The position numbers and the translations under genes are program-made. A stretch of DNA of 63,357 bases, counting the filler, from Octopus bimaculoides (taxonomy: Eukaryota), in NCBI RefSeq assembly GCF_001194135.2. It is 4 parts of 3 records of this genome, joined end to end, with 100 filler letters (N's around TTAATTAATTAA, not from the genome) between each part and the next. Parts side by side here need not be neighbours in the genome. Positions count along the whole stretch, not along the records: positions 1 to 16,918 come from NC_068984.1; positions 17,019 to 26,860 come from NC_068986.1; positions 26,961 to 33,830 come from NC_068986.1; 1 more part is not named here. One strand, 5' to 3'. Shown piece after piece: positions 14,378 to 28,725 of the stretch. A model generated the notes under the pieces. The model saw only the letters and a list, made by a program, of their open reading frames with translations. It was not told the DNA's origin and did not search any database. Every line of letters starts with the position of its first letter. Position 1 is the first letter of the stretch.

Positions 14378-15166
14378 CGAGGTGGTACCCAAAAGAAACC
14401 AGAATTGGTTTTCCACTGTTCGAAACAGTGCTGGAACTCCTGCGAAGTGATGCCTCCGTCGTTTTCCTCTTCACCTCTTCCACATCTGCAAATTCCGTAG
14501 CATCAGCTTTCGTCAACAGTCATGACCTTCGAAAACAGTCCCGGATCAATTTCCATCTGTTCTTTCTGTTCATGACACACATACAGTCGTGACTGCTCTT
14601 GATCTTCTCTGAGCAAGCGAAGCACAAATCTTACTGCAACTCTTTTCATTCAGAATTCCTCAAAATTCGCTGGCAGGAGCTCGAGGGCACACCAGTCATA
14701 TCAAGTTTGTCAATTGTTCGGTGACGATCCTCCAAGATCAGTTCACGAATTTTCATGATGTTTTCATGCATTCGGGAGGTTGCCATGAACGAGGCTAGTG
14801 TTCAAGCAACAAGTGACCATTCCTAAAGCATGAAAACCACTCGTAAACTTATGTTTTGCTCATGGTAGTGTCCTTGTAAGCTGCTTGAATCATGGCTACT
14901 ATTTCGGCTACCGTTTTCCCCAGCAGAAGACAAAATTTCACAGAAGCACGCTGTCCCTTCCTTTCAGACATCGTAAAAATCGACGAATACGAGAAAAGCA
15001 CTGCAAAACAAAGACGCACCACGTAGCAATACGACCTCAAGCGACGACGCCGGTCGACAGACTGATGCTTGAGGGTCGCATCAAGCGGCTGCTGGTGGCG
15101 AAAGCCTGAACTACAACGAGCTTGTCCTACATAGAACATTTCCGGTTACTTTTGGGTATCTCCTCG
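14378..15166 (-). mobile_element. Internally deleted mariner element with both TIRs
   Basis: TA-flanked 27-bp TIRs CGAGGTGGTACCCAAAAGAAACCAGAA / CGAGGAGATACCCAAAAGTAACCGGAA (4 mismatches). Decayed transposase MSERKGQRASVKFCLLLGKT...VYEWF...KVMTVDES, then jumps to the C-terminal FEQWK. Confidence 0.88.
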
Positions 15167-15386
15167 TAGTCCAGTTCTTCATTAATTGACTTGGATTATG
15201 TTCAAAGAAATTCCAACCTCGAGCGACGTCTTTTTCTATATTTAGGACTACATTGCCTAATTTCTCTCTCTCTCCCTCTCTCTCCCTCTCTCTCTCCTTC
15301 TCTCTCCTTCTCTCCCCCTCTCTCCTTCTACTTCTCTGTATGTGTATACATATATACATACATATACATACATATCTATCTATCTA

Positions 15387-15454
<68 letters not shown>

Positions 15455-15458
15455 TGCA

Positions 15459-15502
<44 letters not shown>

Positions 15503-15983
15503 CGTGTATGTATCAATATGTATTTTAGAGTGGATTTTAGTCATTAAGCCTGCGTTGGTTATACATAATATTAGGTAGGCTACGTGTAAAAAGCAAGAAT
15601 GACAATACTAATATGTATTTGAGTCTTCACACATCTTTATTAGTGCGCAGTGTTTACATTTACATGTGTACATATATTTGATTTAACGGAACAACAACAT
15701 TCATGAGATAATGAACTGAATGGTTAAGAGTCTTCAGTAACATGGTAGATAACACCATGAAAGTAGTTAATGCTTATTGGTAGAAACTATTAGCATCACT
15801 ACTGCATGTAAATAATGAGTGCATGATTGGGCATTACAACCCAAATGCCGAAACCTTTTGTCAAACCAGTATGAAAAGTTGAGTGGTTTTGGTCTGAGGT
15901 TAAGTTCACCAACTTTTTATAACTGTACGCAATAGCTTCTAGAAATTTCGATCAAGCAATATGGCGGGAAACTCGCACATTTC

Positions 15984-16075
<92 letters not shown>

Positions 16076-16962
16076 GTGTGTGTGCGCGTGCGTGTGAGTG
16101 TACTTGTGTGTGTAACTCTGTGTGCGTGCATTTTTTCTACATTTTCAACGTTTTGCTCTTACATTTATGAAATAATTTTTTTATTTATATTTTTTCCTCA
16201 AAGTTAATAGCGTTAGTATCCCGATTATGTTTACTCTCCGATGAGCTTCCAGCAAAACAAGATAGCTATTGTATAAATGTCGATTTTATCATATCAAATG
16301 TTTAATAATCAAACTTTTACACTTAAAATAACATTTGCATATCACAGTGATTTCTTTCTTCCTTGATTATGGTGATATCTTCCAAAAAACAAACACACTC
16401 TTATACATATTGTGTTTTGAAACACAACACCTCCATAAGAGATATTTTTTTAAGGACGAATATTGCACTAAACTTACTTATCACGAAGAATGAACATTAA
16501 ATATGACATACAAAGGGTTATTATAATCTAATACTGCTTCTGTTGCATATGTCCGATGTTTATTCAGTGGAATGGTAATTTCCAGCTTCAGTGATTGCTT
16601 TCCTATATCAGAGGCGACAAATTTCGTCTTGACATACGGTTTCTTGTACATTTTACTGATAAAACCCACAGAGGCAGAAATGCATCTAACAGTTTCACAA
16701 GCCGCTGCTAGGACGATTTTTGTTGGTATCTGATATGTATTCTGTTTCTAAACACAGCATGTACATAAGAGGTATCATCTCAGAGCAAAGACGGCAGTAA
16801 ATTTGCCTTTCACGATGTTCTTATATTAAGTATAGATGTCTGGCTTAATGTAATACTGTTTCTACTGAAAATAACGTGTGTATGTGTGTGTATAAATAAA
16901 TAAATATATATATATATANNNNNNNNNNNNNNNNNNNNNNNNNNNNNNNNNNNNNNNNNNNN

Positions 16963-16974
16963 TTAATTAATTAA
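16963..16974. other. Artificial scaffold spacer TTAATTAATTAA (also 26905-26916 and 33875-33886)
   Basis: All three are 44 N + 12 nt + 44 N = 100 nt. The 12-mer has stop codons in all six frames. Confidence 0.9.
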
Positions 16975-17018
16975 NNNNNNNNNNNNNNNNNNNNNNNNNN
17001 NNNNNNNNNNNNNNNNNN

Positions 17019-17063
<45 letters not shown>

Positions 17064-17735
17064 ACACGTAAACTGGCCAAGTTTGCACGCGCAATCTCAC
17101 AATATACACACATATACACACACGTATACACGCGCAAAACGCCATGCATTTTCTCATAATCTCACAATATACACACATATACACAAAGCAATAATTACAC
17201 ATGCACTCGCATCATACACACATACTTATAAACACATACACGCATATTCACATCATACACTCAGACANNNNNNNNNNNNNNNNNNNNNNNNNNNNNNNNN
17301 NNNNNNNNNNNNNNNNNNNNNNNNNNNNNNNNNNNNNNNNNNNNNNNNNNNNNNNNNNNNNNNNNNNNNNNNNNNNNNNNNNNNNNNNNNNNNNNNNNNN
17401 NNNNNNNNNNNNNNNNNNNNNNNNNNNNNNNNNNNNNNNNNNNNNNNNNNNNNNNNNNNNNNNNNNNNNNNNNNNNNNNNNNNNNNNNNNNNNNNNNNNN
17501 NNNNNNNNNNNNNNNNNNNNNNNNNNNNNNNNNNNNNNNNNNNNNNNNNNNNNNNNNNNNNNNNNNNNNNNNNNNNNNNNNNNNNNNNNNNNNNNNNNNN
17601 NNNNNNNNNNNNNNNNNNNNNNNNNNNNNNNNNNNNNNNNNNNNNNNNNNNNNNNNNNNNNNNNNNNNNNNNNNNNNNNNNNNNNNNNNNNNNNNNNNNN
17701 NNNNNNNNNNNNNNNNNNNNNNNNNNNNNNNNNNN

Positions 17736-18500
17736 TACTTGTCCATGTTGTAAAATACTGCTCCAGTACTATTCTGACTTCGTCTACAGAATTAATATAT
17801 TTTTTCCGTCCAAATGATTTTGAAGATTGCGGAATAAATGATAACCAGATGGGGCATGTCCGGCGAAGATGGTGGGTGGAGCATCGTTTCCCATTCAAAC
17901 TGCTCCAGCCTTTGGAATGTCATCCTCGCTGTATGTGGCCGAGCATTATCCTGATGAAAGATCATCTTTCGTCTTGAAACCAAAGATGGTTATTTTCTTT
18001 CTAGCGCTAACTTATGCCGCTCAAGCTGCTCACAGTAGATCTCCTATGTTATCGTTTGGTTTGGGTTCCAAAATTCAAAGTGGACTGAACCTTACATAAC
18101 CCTCCAGATAACGATACCTTACCTGGGTGAAGATCTTCTTTAGCCTGGGGTACCGGTGTTGTTTCCTTTCCCTACCTACTGTCTTCGGCGCTTGACATTT
18201 TTATAGAGAACCCATTTGTCATCACCAGTCATTATTCAGTCGAAAAAGGTTCATTCGTGAGACGTGACAGCAAAGATCACACATTCACTCTCTGCGCGCG
18301 ATTATACTCGGAAAGTTTGTGAGAAACCCATTGACCCAATTTCCTGACTTTGCCGATGGCACGCAGGTATCGATGAATGGTTGACTGACCAAGTTCAAGC
18401 TTCTTTGCTAGTTCATCAGCATTCACGATGGGATTTTGTTCCACCAAGGTTTGTAGGACGTCCTCGTCGAGCTCCACAGATCTTTCAGGACGCGGTTCTA
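17736..18500 (-). pseudogene. Mariner transposase relic
   Basis: LDEDVLQTLVEQNP...IGKVRKLGQWVSHKLSE and IFHQDNARPHTAR...HPPSSPD fragments in different frames. Confidence 0.9.
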
Positions 18501-18544
18501 GGCTCTTTCTCTGTTTGCTAGAAACCTTGAAATAAGACTGAATA

Positions 18545-18850
18545 TTCCGTCGCCTACAACATCGAGGGTTCCAGTTGATCCGATGAACGGAACAGCCTAC
18601 TCATAAAATTAACGTGCAAGTGGCTGAGTACTCCACAGACACGCGTGCCCTTAATATAGTTCTCGGGGAGATTTAGCGTGATACAATGTGTGACAAAGCC
18701 GGTTCTTTGAAATACAAGTACTGTTCATTTTTGCCAGCTGAGTTATTGCAGCAACGTGAAATAGTGTCTTTCTGAAAGACACAATGCTTCGCCGGGAATC
18801 GAACTCACGACCTTACGATCGCGACCGAATACCCTAACCACTAAGCTGCA
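18545..18850 (-). mobile_element. SINE family C copy with pol III A/B boxes
   Basis: Minus strand reads GCAGCTTAGTGGTTAGGG (A-box-like)...GAGTTCGATTCCC (B box). The body is shared with 62675-62990. Confidence 0.75.
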
Positions 18851-19662
18851 CATACATACATATACACACGCATCTAATCTCTTTTTATCTTCTTATCCAC
18901 ACTCACATCTGTCTGCCTCCAAACGCTTACATATGCTAAAATACTCACCAGTTATAATCCTGGAATCATAGTTACATAAATCAACAACTAACTCCTTCTG
19001 GTGGGCACTTTTACACTGCACGCCAATACTTGTACAAATACATACACACATACGCATACAAAAAGATGCATACGCATATGCAAAGACACACTTACACACA
19101 CATGCACACACATACATACTCATACGCAGACCAATCTTTCAGCTATCTCTATCAAATTTCTTGATATTCTCTGTACAAGCCCATGACCTCTCGCTATCAG
19201 CAGTCAAATATCGTAATATGTCTCAATATCCGGCTGCCATCTTACATACACGCATACGGACGCGCGCACACACACACATACACACGCACACACGCACACA
19301 AATATATATATATATTCGAATATATATGCATATCTGTTTATAGGTACATATATGAATACATATGAAAGTATATATTCATATATGTGCATATATATATATA
19401 TATATATANNNNNNNNNNNNNNNNNNNNNNNNNNNNNNNNNNNNNNNNNNNNNNNNNNNNNNNNNNNNNNNNNNNNNNNNNNNNNNNNNNNNNNNNNNNN
19501 NNNNNNNNNNNNNNNNNNNNNNNNNNNNNNNNNNNNNNNNNNNNNNNNNNNNNNNNNNNNNNNNNNNNNNNNNNNNNNNNNNNNNNNNNNNNNNNNNNNN
19601 NNNNNNNNNNNNNNNNNNNNNNNNNNNNNNNNNNNNNNNNNNNNNNNNNNNNNNNNNNNNNN

Positions 19663-19696
<34 letters not shown>

Positions 19697-22600
19697 CATA
19701 TATATGCATTACGTATATTGTACAATACATTTATTTTCATAACACACACATACACACATATACAAACATATAAATGTATATTTGCATACGTATATATTTG
19801 TGTATGTGTATGTTTGTGTATTGAATATATGAGTTTGTGTGCACGTGTGTATATATACACACATGTGCATATACATATATGCATATATATATATACCCAC
19901 ACACACATATATGTATGCATATTTATATATGAATAAGTATATATATAAATATATATACATACATGCATACATATATATGTATATATATATATATATATNN
20001 NNNNNNNNTACATACATACATACATACATACGTACATACATAAATACATACATACATAGACACACACACACTGATCCGCCATCTTTCACAAATTAAATAT
20101 TCAGTTCACAAAAGCAAGACTTTAACCTTATAAATAATCAAATCAAATTCACCACATTTCCTCTTCTATTTTATACCTGGTCCCCTTCTCCCTAACCCCT
20201 TTCTTCTATCCCTTTCCCATCTCCCTTCCGCTATCCTTCACTTTCTCCCTATCTCTCTATGCATGTGCATATGCATCTATAAATGTGNNNNNNNNNNNNN
20301 NNNNNNNNNNNNNNNNNNNNNNNNNNNNNNNNNNNNNNNNNNNNNNNNNNNNNNNNNNNNNNNNNNNNNNNNNNNNNNNNNNNNNNNNNNNNNNNNNNNN
20401 NNNNNNNNNNNNNNNNNNNNNNNNNNNNNNNNNNNNNNNNNNNNNNNNNNNNNNNNNNNNNNNNNNNNNNNNNNNNNNNNNNNNNNNNNNNNNNNNNNNN
20501 NNNNNNNNNNNNNNNNNNNNNNNNNNNNNNNNNNNNNNNNNNNNNNNNNNNNNNNNNNNNNNNNNNNNNNNNNNNNNNNNNNNNNNNNNNNNNNNNNNNN
20601 NNNNNNNNNNNNNNNNNNNNNNNNNNNNNNNNNNNNNNNNNNNNNNNNNNNNNNNNNNNNNNNNNNNNNNNNNNNNNNNNNNNNNNNNNNNNNNNNNNNN
20701 NNNNTATACATATATGTGTGTGTGTGTGTGTGTGTGTGATTTTTGAACTGCAAATATCCCTCACAACATATACATGTCCTGGCCATTCCACTGTTACTTT
20801 CTACGAATTATTTGTTTGTTTCCTTCTTTCATACAATTCATTCACTCACTCATTCATTCATTCATTCATTCATTCATTCATTCATTCATTCTTTCTTTCT
20901 TTCTTTCTTTCTTTCCGTTGCTTTGTTCTTACCACTCGTTCTTTCTGTCACTTTTGATTTCGTTCATTCTTTCTTATTCTTTTTTTTTGTTTTCTTTCTT
21001 CCTCTTTCTTTATGTCTTTCCTCATAATATCTTGCTTTTATTTCATTCTTTCTGTTCTTTTTTGCTTGCAATTAGTCTCTCCTTTTCTTTCTTTCTTTCT
21101 GTTTTATTTTAGCTTTTCATCCTTTAGTATCATTCTTAATTTTCATTATTTCAGTATTTTGATATATATCTTGGACCACATCATCCACATATTTCCTTAG
21201 AACCATAAAACAACACCACCTACACACACATACACACATACCCAGTCTTCCTCACTATCTGAGAAGTGACTAAAACCCGAAACGTAAAATTCCCACTTAC
21301 AGCAACTGAATTCATGTAACCCACATATTACTTACATGTTACTTACAAATATAAGCCATCTTTAGTTACATGGGATTCCTATTTCCTTCTTACTTTTATA
21401 AACATTCATTCAACGAATCATTGCTGAGATTTAACGTCCGTTTTTAATATACGTACAGGTATTATCAAGCCAGGTTAAGAACTATTGAAAGAAATTTAAT
21501 GAAAATACGTCAGAAAATTAATAAAGAACAAATTCAGTCACATTATATTGATATAATCGGAATATCTAATATGAAATATCTATTTGGTGAATACTATTAT
21601 TTCATCACTACTCAACAGGACATCCGTGCGCTTTAGCATTAAATTACCGTAGTTTTAGTTCGCTAATAATTCGGCACTCTTAACACTCAAAATCATCTCA
21701 GGTGTTTATCGAACCCATGGATAGGCACATAAACCTTCAGGAGTTAACATTAACCTCCTGCTATTAGCGAATATTTGATGCATCACCGCCTTAATTATTG
21801 ATTCAGCTCTTAGCACATACGTACGATCGATCTCGTACACGTATGCTTTAAGTTTTGTGTTACGTATCGTTATAAGTGTAGTGGACGCCTTTACTTTATG
21901 TAGGGAAATACAAATTTTGACAATGGCATTTAATTTATGCTTTAATTTATTGTTTATAATTTACATTTATAGGAAGTATTATTCGATTCTGGTTATTTAC
22001 TTATATGCTTTTCCTTTACTTGTTCCAGTCATCAGACAACGGCCATGCTGGGGCATCACCGTGCAGAATTTTAGTCGAACGAATCAACCCCAGTACTTAT
22101 TTTTTTTAAAACCTGATATTTAATCTATCGGCGCCGTTTGCTGAACTGCTAAGTTACATACTAACATCGGTTGTCAAGCGGTGGACGGGGATAAAGACAA
22201 GCACAAAGAGTCACAAACATATATTCATATATATATATATATATANNNNNNNNNNNNNNNNNNNNNNNNNNNNNNNNNNNNNNNNNNNNNNNNNNNNNNN
22301 NNNNNNNNNNNNNNNNNNNNNNNNNNNNNNNNNNNNNNNNNNNNNNNNNNNNNNNNNNNNNNNNNNNNNNNNNNNNNNNNNNNNNNNNNNNNNNNNNNNN
22401 NNNNNNNNNNNNNNNNNNNNNNNNNNNNNNNNNNNNNNNNNNNAATAATATTAGGGACAAAATCCAAAATTACAGGTAAAAACTCAATTAAAATCAATTT
22501 ATAAAAAATTAAAATTAAATTGAGCTTTATAGATAAAATATATATAAAATATATAGTTTTAGGGAAAATAACCAAGTTTCAAGAACTCATCGATGAAAAT

Positions 22601-23583
22601 CCACTATCACATATAGAAAAATTAATAATTAAAAGCACAATAAATGAGTATAATATAAAGTAAAGTAAATATCATAAGATAAATATAATAAAAAGATTAT
22701 GTATGTATATATACATGCGTGTGTGTGTATCCACCAATACGGTATTGAAACAATCATTTTCATCGTTCGACGTTTACGTATATATACATTATACGACGGG
22801 CTTCATTCAGTTTTCGCCCTCCACAGCAGCATTTGAACTCAGAACGTCAACAGTTGGAAGAAATGCTACTAACATTTTGTCAGCTGGATTAACAATTCTG
22901 TCAGCTCGCTGCCTGTATTTCAAATCTTGGCCCAAGGCCAACGACATTAGGGAAGCTCAACTGTTTCCCTAATATTGTTGAGCACGGGGTTGAGCTCAAT
23001 CTCGTGCTCAACTGATATTTATTCTATCAACCCCGAAAGAATGAAAGGTAAAGTTAACCTTGGTGGAATTTGAACTCAAAACGTAAAGAACCCCCCCCCC
23101 CCCAAAAAAAAATGCCGCAGAGCATTTTGATCGACGCGCTAACGATTCTGCTAACACGCCACCCCCAAAAACAACAACAACAACAATAGCAACAACCATA
23201 ACAATAATAATTGATTATAATCATTATCATCATGATAGTAGGACGTCATAGCAGATGACATGTCATAAAATAGATATGAAGCATGTTATATAGCCCAGAA
23301 CCAAAATAAAAAAGAAAACAAGTATGTGTATAGCTATTGCTAGATAAAGACATTGTAAATAAGCGAAAGGAAAGATTTAAAAAATTGATTACATGGCGTA
23401 TAAAAAAATAAATAAGTAAGGAAGAAGAGATAGCGAAATGCAAACACTAATGAAATGAAATTTAAACACATATATAAACAAATGCCAGTAAATAAATTAT
23501 GTAAATGTCTTTGAGAAGCAGTAGAAGAATTATATTGGAACAACAAGAGAAGAAAAAAGAAAAAATCAATAATTTGGGGACAC

Positions 23584-23630
<47 letters not shown>

Positions 23631-24517
23631 GCGAGTACAGCCAAGCTCTGTCATACAAGTAAAATGTCGCCCCTTTACTCGTTTCTGAAAACTAAATTTN
23701 NNNNNNNNNNNNNNNNNNNNNNNNNNNNNNNNNNNNNNNNNNNNNNNNNNNNNNNNNNNNNNNNNNNNNNNNNNNNNNNNNNNNNNNNNNNNNNNNNNNN
23801 NNNNNNNNNNNNNNNNNNNNNNNNNNNNNNNNNNNNNNNNNNNNNNNNNNNNNNNNNNNNNNNNNNNNNNNNNNNNNNNNNNNNNNNNNNNNNNNNNNNN
23901 NNNNNNNNNNNNNNNNNNNNNNNNNNNNNNNNNNNNNNNNNNNNNNNNNNNNNNNNNNNNNNNNNNNNNNNNNNNNNNNNNNNNNNNNNNNNNNNNNNNN
24001 NNNNNNNNNNNNNNNNNNNNNNNNNNNNNNNNNNNNNNNNNNNNNNNNNNNNNNNNNNNNNNNNNNNNNNNNNNNNNNNNNNNNNNNNNNNNNNNNNNNN
24101 NNNNNNNNNNNNNNNNNNNNNNNNNNNNNNNNNNNNNNNNNNNNNNNNNNNNNNNNNNNNNNNNNNNNNNNNNNNNNNNNNNNNNNNNNNNNNNNNNNNN
24201 NNNNNNNNNNNNNNNNNNNNNNNNNNNNNNNNNNNNNNNNNNNNNNNNNNNNNNNNNNNNNNNNNNNNNNNNNNNNNNNNNNNNNNNNNNNNNNNNNNNN
24301 NNNNNNNNNNNNNNNNNNNNNNNNNNNNNNNNNNNNNNNNNNNNNNNNNNNNNNNNNNNNNNNNNNNNNNNNNNNNNNNNNNNNNNNNNNNNNNNNNNNN
24401 NNNNNNNNNNNNNNNNNNNNNNNNNNNNNNNNNNNNNNNNNNNNNNNNNNNNNNNNNNNNNNNNNNNNNNNNNNNNNNNNNNNNNNNNNNNNNNNNNNNN
24501 NNNNNNNNNNNNNNNTT

Positions 24518-24552
<35 letters not shown>

Positions 24553-24759
24553 GCAAGTCTGTCCGCCGTTTCTGTCCGCTTGGACCGTCCGACTGACTGT
24601 CTGTCGGTCTGACTGCTTAAAAAAGAAGATGTTAATGTCCGGCACAGATCTGAGTTAATCCTTCCTAGAGTTTTAAACCAATATTATGATTAAAGCAAAG
24701 ATTTAAATTAATCCTTAGTTTATGTTTTTTTTCTGAGGACGCACTTACCACCGCCATTG

Positions 24760-25140
24760 CAACTACCACCAACCCAACCCAACCCAACCATGACAAACGT
24801 CACCAACTTGGCCATCATCACCACTGCCATAACCAATATCCCCACCATCACCACCACCACCAACAACAACAACAACAACAGCACCGCAACTACCACCACT
24901 ACGACCACCACCAACAAAAACAAAACAAGCATCACAGCAACAACTTTACGATTACCACGACCATCACCATCACCACTATCACCACCATTATCACTATCAC
25001 CACCACACATACCACTACCCTATGACACAACCACTACCACCGTCACCACCACCGTCACCACCACCGTCACCACCACCACATTCACCATCAGTATCATCAT
25101 TAGTACAATCGTCATCATCGCAGCAACAAAGACTCTATGG
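24760..25140. repeat. (ACC)/(AAC) trinucleotide low-complexity block
   Basis: Visible triplet tracts. Confidence 0.85.
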
Positions 25141-26720
25141 CTACCGTCATCATTAACACAGTCACCATTATTAGACTTGTCTGCCAAAATATTCAACGTC
25201 CTCACTAAACCGAAAAACAGATAAGAAAAAGAAAAGAAAATTAGACAGAGCTCCGAACTGGCAGAATCGTTGGAGTGTCGGTCAAAATATCTTGTGGTAT
25301 TTCTTCAGGCCCTTTACATTCTGTGTTCAAATTCCACCGCGGCTTTTACCTTTTATTCCTTCGGAATAATTAAGCGTCGTGAAAATCTTGGGATCAATTG
25401 TATGAACTTATTCTTTTCCTCTAATTTAAGGCGTTGTCTTTATTTTCTAGAAACAGTTATATTGTTTTACGTTTTATTTTNNNNNNNNNNNNNNNNNNNN
25501 NNNNNNNNNNNNNNNNNNNNNNNNNNNNNNNNNNNNNNNNNNNNNNNNNNNNNNNNNNNNNNNNNNNNNNNNNNNNNNNNNNNNNNNNNNNNNNNNNNNN
25601 NNNNNNNNNNNNNNNNNNNNNNNNNNNNNNNNNNNNNNNNNNNNNNNNNNNNNNNNNNNNNNNNNNNNNNNNNNNNNNNNNNNNNNNNNNNNNNNNNNNN
25701 NNNNNNNNNNNNNNNNNNNNNNNNNNNNNNNNNNNNNNNNNNNNNNNNNNNNNNNNNNNNNNNNNNNNNNNNNNNNNNNNNNNNNNNNNNNNNNNNNNNN
25801 NNNNNNNNNNNNNNNNNNNNNNNNNNNNNNNNNNNNNNNNNNNNNNNNNNNNNNNNNNNNNNNNNNNNNNNNNNNNNNNNNNNNNNNNNNNNNNNNNNNN
25901 NNNNNNNNNNNNNNNNNNNNNNNNNNNNNNNNNNNNNNNNNNNNNNNNNNNNNNNNNNNNNNNNNNNNNNNNNNNNNNNNNNNNNNNNNNNNNNNNNNNN
26001 NNNNNNNNNNNNNNNNNNNNNNNNNNNNNTATATATATACGTATATATATATACGTATATACATGCATATATATATATGTATATATATATACTTGTATAT
26101 ATACATGTATATATATGTATATATATATACGTGTATGTGTTTATATATAATGTGCATAATAGGAACCATATGTGTATATAAGATGAATGTTATTTAACCG
26201 TCGACTGAAGAGGGGGAGGAGTAAAACGAAAGCTGACAATGAAAACAAACAGGGGTGTCTTGTGTGGAAAGATCTTGAAACATCGTGGCGATATTATGGT
26301 AAAAGCATTCGGGGACCTTACTTCATAAAAAAAAAACGCTTTGAACTCTACCTTTCTCAGCTGTAGTTGAGAAGTAGAGGAAAGAAGAGCAGCGTTCAGT
26401 GCACAGAAAATTAAATAAATAAAACAATATAAATAAATAAATGAATGAATAAATAAATAAATAAATAAATAAATGCAAATCTTCAAGGAACTGTAAGATA
26501 TGCCGAATGGGTGTGTATGTATGTGGCTCGGTTTAATTTTAGTCTTTTTTTTTGTTTTTTGCTTATTATTCGTTTCTTGTTTTTTTTTATTGACTGCCAA
26601 TAGTTCATTTTAAAGACATCTGCTTCAAGAAAAGTACCCGGCGTTTTTATAAAGCAGCCAACAAACACGACCGCCACAGCAACGTCAGTAATGACAGCCA
26701 TATTCATAGTGGTGGTAGTG

Positions 26721-26751
<31 letters not shown>

Positions 26752-26988
26752 GAGGAGGAGGAGTAGGAGACCGATAAAATAAGTACCAAAATTAAATATG
26801 TTGGTACTGGAATCGATCTATCAAACTAACAAACAAAATATAAAAAATAAAACAAAATAANNNNNNNNNNNNNNNNNNNNNNNNNNNNNNNNNNNNNNNN
26901 NNNNTTAATTAATTAANNNNNNNNNNNNNNNNNNNNNNNNNNNNNNNNNNNNNNNNNNNNAATTTGTGTTTATTTTCAGATCATTAAA

Positions 26989-27998
26989 ATGGAATGTCAA
27001 GTTAAGAAAAACGAGCATTTTCGACACCTCCTTCTTTTTGGCTTTTAATCAAAGTTCTAAAGCCGCAAAAGCTGCTCGCGACATTTGTGCTGTGTATGGA
27101 GAGGGCGCCATAGCTGAAAGAACCGCTCGTGATTGGTATGCCAAGTTCAAAAATGGAAATTTTGACCTCAAAGACGCGCCTCGTTCTGGCCATCCAATTG
27201 AGTTCGATGAAGAGCAATTAAGCCAACTTTTGCACGAAAATTCTTGTCAAACGACAAGAGAACTGGCAGAGAAAATGGAATGTTCCCACACTGCTATAGA
27301 GAAGCATCTTCACTTGGTGGGAAAGGTTCAGAAGTATGGAGCATGGTTTCTGCATGCTTTAAGTGACAACAACAAAAATCAACGGGCCACAATCTTCGCT
27401 GGTTTGCTTGCTCGTCACCGCTCAACCCATGGACACAAGCAACGATTACTTCACCAAATTGTTACTGGCGACGAAAAATGGTGCCTGTACATCAATATGA
27501 AGCAGCGTAAGGAATGGCTTAGCCCTGATAAACAAACGACACCACGCGTGAAACAAGATCTTCATCAGCGTAAAACGATGTTGTGCGCATGGTGGGACTG
27601 GGAAGGGATTATCCATTACGAATTGCGTCAACGGAACCAAACGGTCAACGCGGAACGTTCAACAGATGGAACGACTCAACACAGCTATTCAAGAGAAAAG
27701 ACCTAATCATCAGCATGGAGTACGTCTGCTGCACGACAACGCCCGCCCTCATTTCGCCAATATGACCAAGGAAGCCCTTCAAACGGATGGCTAGGAAGTG
27801 CTACCACAACTGATTTGGCACCAACGGATTTCCACCTCTTTCGATCGCTTTCAAATGTTATGCCCGGAGTTTCGTTCAACAATGATGCAGAATTGAGAGC
27901 TTGGTTGGATCATTTTTTCGAGTCTAAATCGGATGATTTCTACGAAAGGGGTATTGAAAACATTGTTGAACGTTGGGAAGAAGTTGTAAACAACAATG
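26989..27998 (+). pseudogene. Near full-length Mos1-like mariner transposase, inactivated
   Basis: ATG at 26989 (MECQVKKNEHFRH), HTH region, IVTGDEKWCLY, LHDNARPH and DLAPTDFHLFRSL...RWEEVVNNN. One early frameshift, small deletions and a stop; both ends run into gaps. Confidence 0.92.
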
Positions 27999-28669
27999 NN
28001 NNNNNNNNNNNNNNNNNNNNNNNNNNNNNNNNNNNNNNNNNNNNNNNNNNNNNNNNNNNNNNNNNNNNNNNNNNNNNNNNNNNNNNNNNNNNNNNNNNNN
28101 NNNNNNNNNNNNNNNNNNNNNNNNNNNNNNNNNNNNNNNNNNNNNNNNNNNNNNNNNNNNNNNNNNNNNNNNNNNNNNNNNNNNNNNNNNNNNNNNNNNN
28201 NNNNNNNNNNNNNNNNNNNNNNNNNNNNNNNNNNNNNNNNNNNNNNNNNNNNNNNNNNNNNNNNNNNNNNNNNNNNNNNNNNNNNNNNNNNNNNNNNNNN
28301 NNNNNNNNNNNNNNNNNNNNNNNNNNNNNNNNNNNNNNNNNNNNNNNNNNNNNNNNNNNNNNNNNNNNNNNNNNNNNNNNNNNNNNNNNNNNNNNNNNNN
28401 NNNNNNNNNNNNNNNNNNNNNNNNNNNNNNNNNNNNNNNNNNNNNNNNNNNNNNNNNNNNNNNNNNNNNNNNNNNNNNNNNNNNNNNNNNNNNNNNNNNN
28501 NNNNNNNNNNNNNNNNNNNNNNNNNNNNNNNNNNNNNNNNNNNNNNNNNNNNNNNNNNNNNNNNNNNNNNNNNNNNNNNNNNNNNNNNNNNNNNNNNNNN
28601 NNNNNNNNNNNNNNNNNNNNNNNNNNNNNNNNNNNNNNNNNNNNNNNNNNNNNNNNNNNNNNNNNNNNN

Positions 28670-28725
<56 letters not shown>

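Noticed and set aside
18790-18850. tRNA-like heads (also 51285 and 62675) as tRNA genes
   Set aside because: They have A/B boxes but no closing cloverleaf and continue into shared SINE bodies.
21285-21315. Minus-strand ATG AAT TCA GTT GCT|GTAAGT as a phase-0 start exon for the MCT
   Set aside because: It lies downstream of the MCT exons on that strand, so it cannot be the MCT start exon, and it has no other support.
26222-26256. CTGAAGA...GAAA as a hammerhead
   Set aside because: The intervening purine run cannot form stem II.
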